Source of the DNA: Candidatus Micrarchaeota archaeon
GTDB taxonomy: Archaea; Micrarchaeota; Micrarchaeia; Anstonellales; Bilamarchaeaceae
Assembly: GCA_041694885.1 (NCBI GenBank)
Contig: JBGFRX010000026.1
Coordinates: 1 to 27,964 of the forward strand
Direction of reading: 5' to 3'
Length of the DNA stretch: 27,964 nucleotides
Positions 25,389-27,964 of this stretch are shown here, piece after piece. The position numbers and the translations under genes are program-made. The notes below the pieces were generated by a model. It saw only the letters and a program-made list of their open reading frames with translations, made no database searches and was not told the DNA's origin. Numbering within the stretch: the stretch's first letter is position 1; each line of letters starts with the position of its first letter.

Positions 25389-27944
25389 ATGCCGGAAATA
25401 AGAAAAATAGTGAAAATAAAAAAACAGGAGTACAAATTCGAGCTGCGCAAGAAATACTTCAACAAAAAGAAATTCAAAATAAGGGAAAGGCGGCCCATAG
25501 ACGTTCTCGTTGCTGGAATCCGCGGCTCGCTTTTTCCAAAAAAGGCGGCGCCAGGAGGCGGGAAAAAACCGCTCGTAACTATCGGGGTTTTTGCGCTGCT
25601 GCTCGCTGCGTTTTTTTTCCTCCTCCTTTCTCCAGCCAAAACAACTCCGGTGGAGGAGAACATTACTCCGGCGGCCCCGAAACTCAGAATCAGCGTAAAT
25701 GGAAGCGGAATAGCGAGTTCAGGAGCGCTTGTAGCAGACAAGAGGACCGCATACTTTCGGCTTGCATACTCGGCAGAAGGCGCGGATTCGGTGAGTGTAA
25801 AGACATCAATCTATTCCGAGCGTATACCGAATCAGGTTTTCATTCTCGCGAGTCGCATGGACGAAGCAACTACCTATCCTAAGTTCAGGCAGGCGCTCGG
25901 GAAACGCCTCGGTGCAAAGGGCTTCGCGCTCAACGACATTTCCTTATGGCAGCTCGAAACGCTGCCTGAAGGAGCTATGCTCATAGTGCCTTCCGGCCTT
26001 GTGCCCGAAAAGCTCATTGGAGAAGGCAATGCGAACATCGCGAGCATTGCGAAGCGCGGAGTGAACATTGTTTACATAGGGCAGAAATTTGACTTCTTTC
26101 TGAGCGAAAGCGGCAGCACCAGGAAAATCAGCCAGGAGGCGCTTTCCAAATTACCTTTCACTTTCGAGGTCGCGGCCTTAAAGCCGAACGGCGAACTTTT
26201 CCTTTCCTCCTCGCTATACAAGGTCAGGACCACGCGGACCGCACAGAGCGCGCTCCTCTACGGCATGATAAGCAAAGGAAAGGTCGGCAATGGAACGGTC
26301 CTTTTCGTGCCGCAGACGCTTGACGGTGGTTGGGGTGGAATTCCAGAGCATGCAGCAGCTGACATCGAAAAAATAATAACAGAGATGAAATGGACTGATC
26401 CGGAGGCAGAACAGGAAACCGAGGCGGAGTTCGCGGAAAACAGGACTTTCCATTCCTTCTTCTTTTCTCCTGCCTTTTCGGAAAGGGAAAAAACTCTTGT
26501 TGTGCGGGTCGTTGCGTCGAGCGCAGTGGGCGGAGGAGGCACGGCTGCACAGCAGAACCGCAGCGAAACCGAGAAGATGCGCGTGCTCTATCCGCGCTCT
26601 GATGTGAACGGGGATCTTTTTTTCATAACCGGCGGGCCTGGAACCGTTTCCGGAAAGGTTACCAGGGAAAACACCAATTTCATAGTCATGCTCAATGAGA
26701 ACAGTTCGGAAAAGCGCAACCTCTTCATTTCAATAGAAAACGTCTCGGGAGAGGAGGCACAGCCCAGACACTCCATAGCCGGCTCCTCTGCAAAAGTGGA
26801 ACTTTTGGGCAGCACGCAGTTCGCAGAGCGCCTTGACCTGGATGAGGGGATTTATCTCGCATCCATAGTGGATGAGGCGAAGAATGCTTATGCACGGGCG
26901 CTCGTGGTCATTGCCGATGCCGAATTCTCCTTACTCACTGCGGACTGGACTAAGGGAATATTCAGGTTCGCAGCGCTCGCAGATGGAAAGCAAGTGAAGA
27001 TAAAAAAGCTCCGCGTCTCGGTGAATGGAAAGTACAATTATTCGTTCACTGCTGCCTCGGAATTCACAATCGACCTTGAGGACAAATTGAGAGGGCAGCC
27101 GCTTCCCGATGGCGCACACACCTTCGACTTCGAGTTCAACGAAATAAAAAAGCGAATAACGCTATCCAAACCCGAGGGCTCGAACCCTCTGCTTCTGCCC
27201 ATCCTGGGCGTATTGCTTGCAGGAGGCCTCGCGTTCGGTGCAGTGTATTTGGGTGCGCTCATGCGCAAGACGGAATACGCGCTCGACATACCGGATTTCC
27301 CGCCACTCGCCCTTCTCAGAATACCCGTGAAAAAGGATGCGGTGCTCGGGATAATGGAGAAGGTCAACGAGGACTACAGATGGAAAAACACCCCCCTCCG
27401 GCTTGAGGAGATAAAAAAGGGCTTCAAGAAGATAATATACCAGGGAAAGCCGGTGTTCATAAGCGACTACAACCTTGAATACATACTGGACGAACTGAAA
27501 AACAAGAATGAAGTGAAGAGTGCACTGAACTATTTCGGGCTTTCGAAATGGGAGAAGGAGACCGGGAAGACGATGGCATACTTGGCTGTGCAGAGGAAGG
27601 TGAGGGACATCTGCATAAACGAGGCCATTCCATTCAGCAGGCCAGGGGAGAGCAATGAATACGACATGCTGCTCAAGGTCTTGGGGCAGAATGTTTTTGT
27701 TTACATAGTGGAGGATGCACCTGTGCAGCGTGAGGAGAAACTCTCGCTCGCTCTCAGGGTAATGCCAAAAGGCCTGGTGGTGCTGCTTTTCGAGAACAGC
27801 GAGGGAAAGAAGGACTTCGAAGACACCATAAATTCCGCTTCCGAGAGCACCGGCGTGATAAAGATGGAGATAATGTCTGGCTCGATAAACCCGCTCACCA
27901 TAAATGAATTCGAGAAGATGCTCAAGGAGATGAAGAGCATATGA
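25389..27944 (+). CDS. Large two-TM membrane protein (851 aa) with large extracellular and cytoplasmic domains
   Basis: Basic N-terminus; TM VTIGVFALLLAAFFFLLL; ~530-aa region with N-x-S/T sequons; TM LLLPILGVLLAGGLAFGAVYL; ~225-aa C-terminal domain; alternative TTG start at 25362. Confidence 0.85.
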   Translation: MPEIRKIVKIKKQEYKFELRKKYFNKKKFKIRERRPIDVLVAGIRGSLFPKKAAPGGGKKPLVTIGVFALLLAAFFFLLLSPAKTTPVEENITPAAPKLRISVNGSGIASSGALVADKRTAYFRLAYSAEGADSVSVKTSIYSERIPNQVFILASRMDEATTYPKFRQALGKRLGAKGFALNDISLWQLETLPEGAMLIVPSGLVPEKLIGEGNANIASIAKRGVNIVYIGQKFDFFLSESGSTRKISQEALSKLPFTFEVAALKPNGELFLSSSLYKVRTTRTAQSALLYGMISKGKVGNGTVLFVPQTLDGGWGGIPEHAAADIEKIITEMKWTDPEAEQETEAEFAENRTFHSFFFSPAFSEREKTLVVRVVASSAVGGGGTAAQQNRSETEKMRVLYPRSDVNGDLFFITGGPGTVSGKVTRENTNFIVMLNENSSEKRNLFISIENVSGEEAQPRHSIAGSSAKVELLGSTQFAERLDLDEGIYLASIVDEAKNAYARALVVIADAEFSLLTADWTKGIFRFAALADGKQVKIKKLRVSVNGKYNYSFTAASEFTIDLEDKLRGQPLPDGAHTFDFEFNEIKKRITLSKPEGSNPLLLPILGVLLAGGLAFGAVYLGALMRKTEYALDIPDFPPLALLRIPVKKDAVLGIMEKVNEDYRWKNTPLRLEEIKKGFKKIIYQGKPVFISDYNLEYILDELKNKNEVKSALNYFGLSKWEKETGKTMAYLAVQRKVRDICINEAIPFSRPGESNEYDMLLKVLGQNVFVYIVEDAPVQREEKLSLALRVMPKGLVVLLFENSEGKKDFEDTINSASESTGVIKMEIMSGSINPLTINEFEKMLKEMKSI

Positions 27945-27964
27945 CCTGACACCGCTCCGGAAAA

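Noticed and set aside
25389..27944. Archaeal fusexin (Fsx1) next to a VirB4-like ATPase
   Set aside because: The ectodomain lacks Cys and has alpha/beta character, and the topology (N-terminal TM, one later TM, large cytoplasmic tail) differs from fusexins
166..27952. Numerous long antisense and alternate-frame ORFs (e.g. 166-1050, 4254-5039, 8939-9700, 9897-10745, 18417-19247)
   Set aside because: They shadow well-supported genes and show no recognisable motifs
21342..27964. Integrated conjugative element at tRNA-Arg
   Set aside because: No integrase, relaxase, duplicated tRNA 3' end or obvious composition shift in the window; cannot be fully excluded beyond the window end

Overview
Archaeal chromosomal DNA, most likely DPANN and probably Micrarchaeota-like. 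This placement is an inference from the archaeal-type ribosomal proteins, DnaG, CarS, EF-1beta, tRNA-Arg(GCG), GGTGA/GGAGG ribosome-binding sites and gene content. In order, the window holds: (1) the first half of the large ribosomal protein operon (L3-L4-L23-L2-S19-L22-S3-L29-SUI1), which then breaks off into a 51-aa ORF missing from the track and a YkgJ-type gene; (2) RNase HI, a Cys-rich PKD protein, a CBS protein, toprim-dnaG and a tRNA methylthiotransferase; (3) a minus-strand cluster of five class III signal peptide (pilin-like) genes, a Cys-rich membrane protein and sppA; (4) carS, a small AT-richer islet with a transglutaminase-like gene, an isolated rpl11 coupled to a surface beta-propeller gene, a Zn-finger/EF-1beta pair and tRNA-Arg(GCG); (5) a five-gene membrane operon built around a VirB4/HerA-like ATPase, the best candidate for an uncharacterised transport or host-contact machine. 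Three non-coding signals stand out: a dispersed family of 7-nt-period inverted repeats that also occurs in frame inside genes; a dnaG leader with a duplicated initiation region, an anti-RBS and a uORF that looks like a two-state translational switch; and a ~190-nt multi-hairpin region that may be an ncRNA. All calls come from reading motifs by eye; no searches or folding were run.
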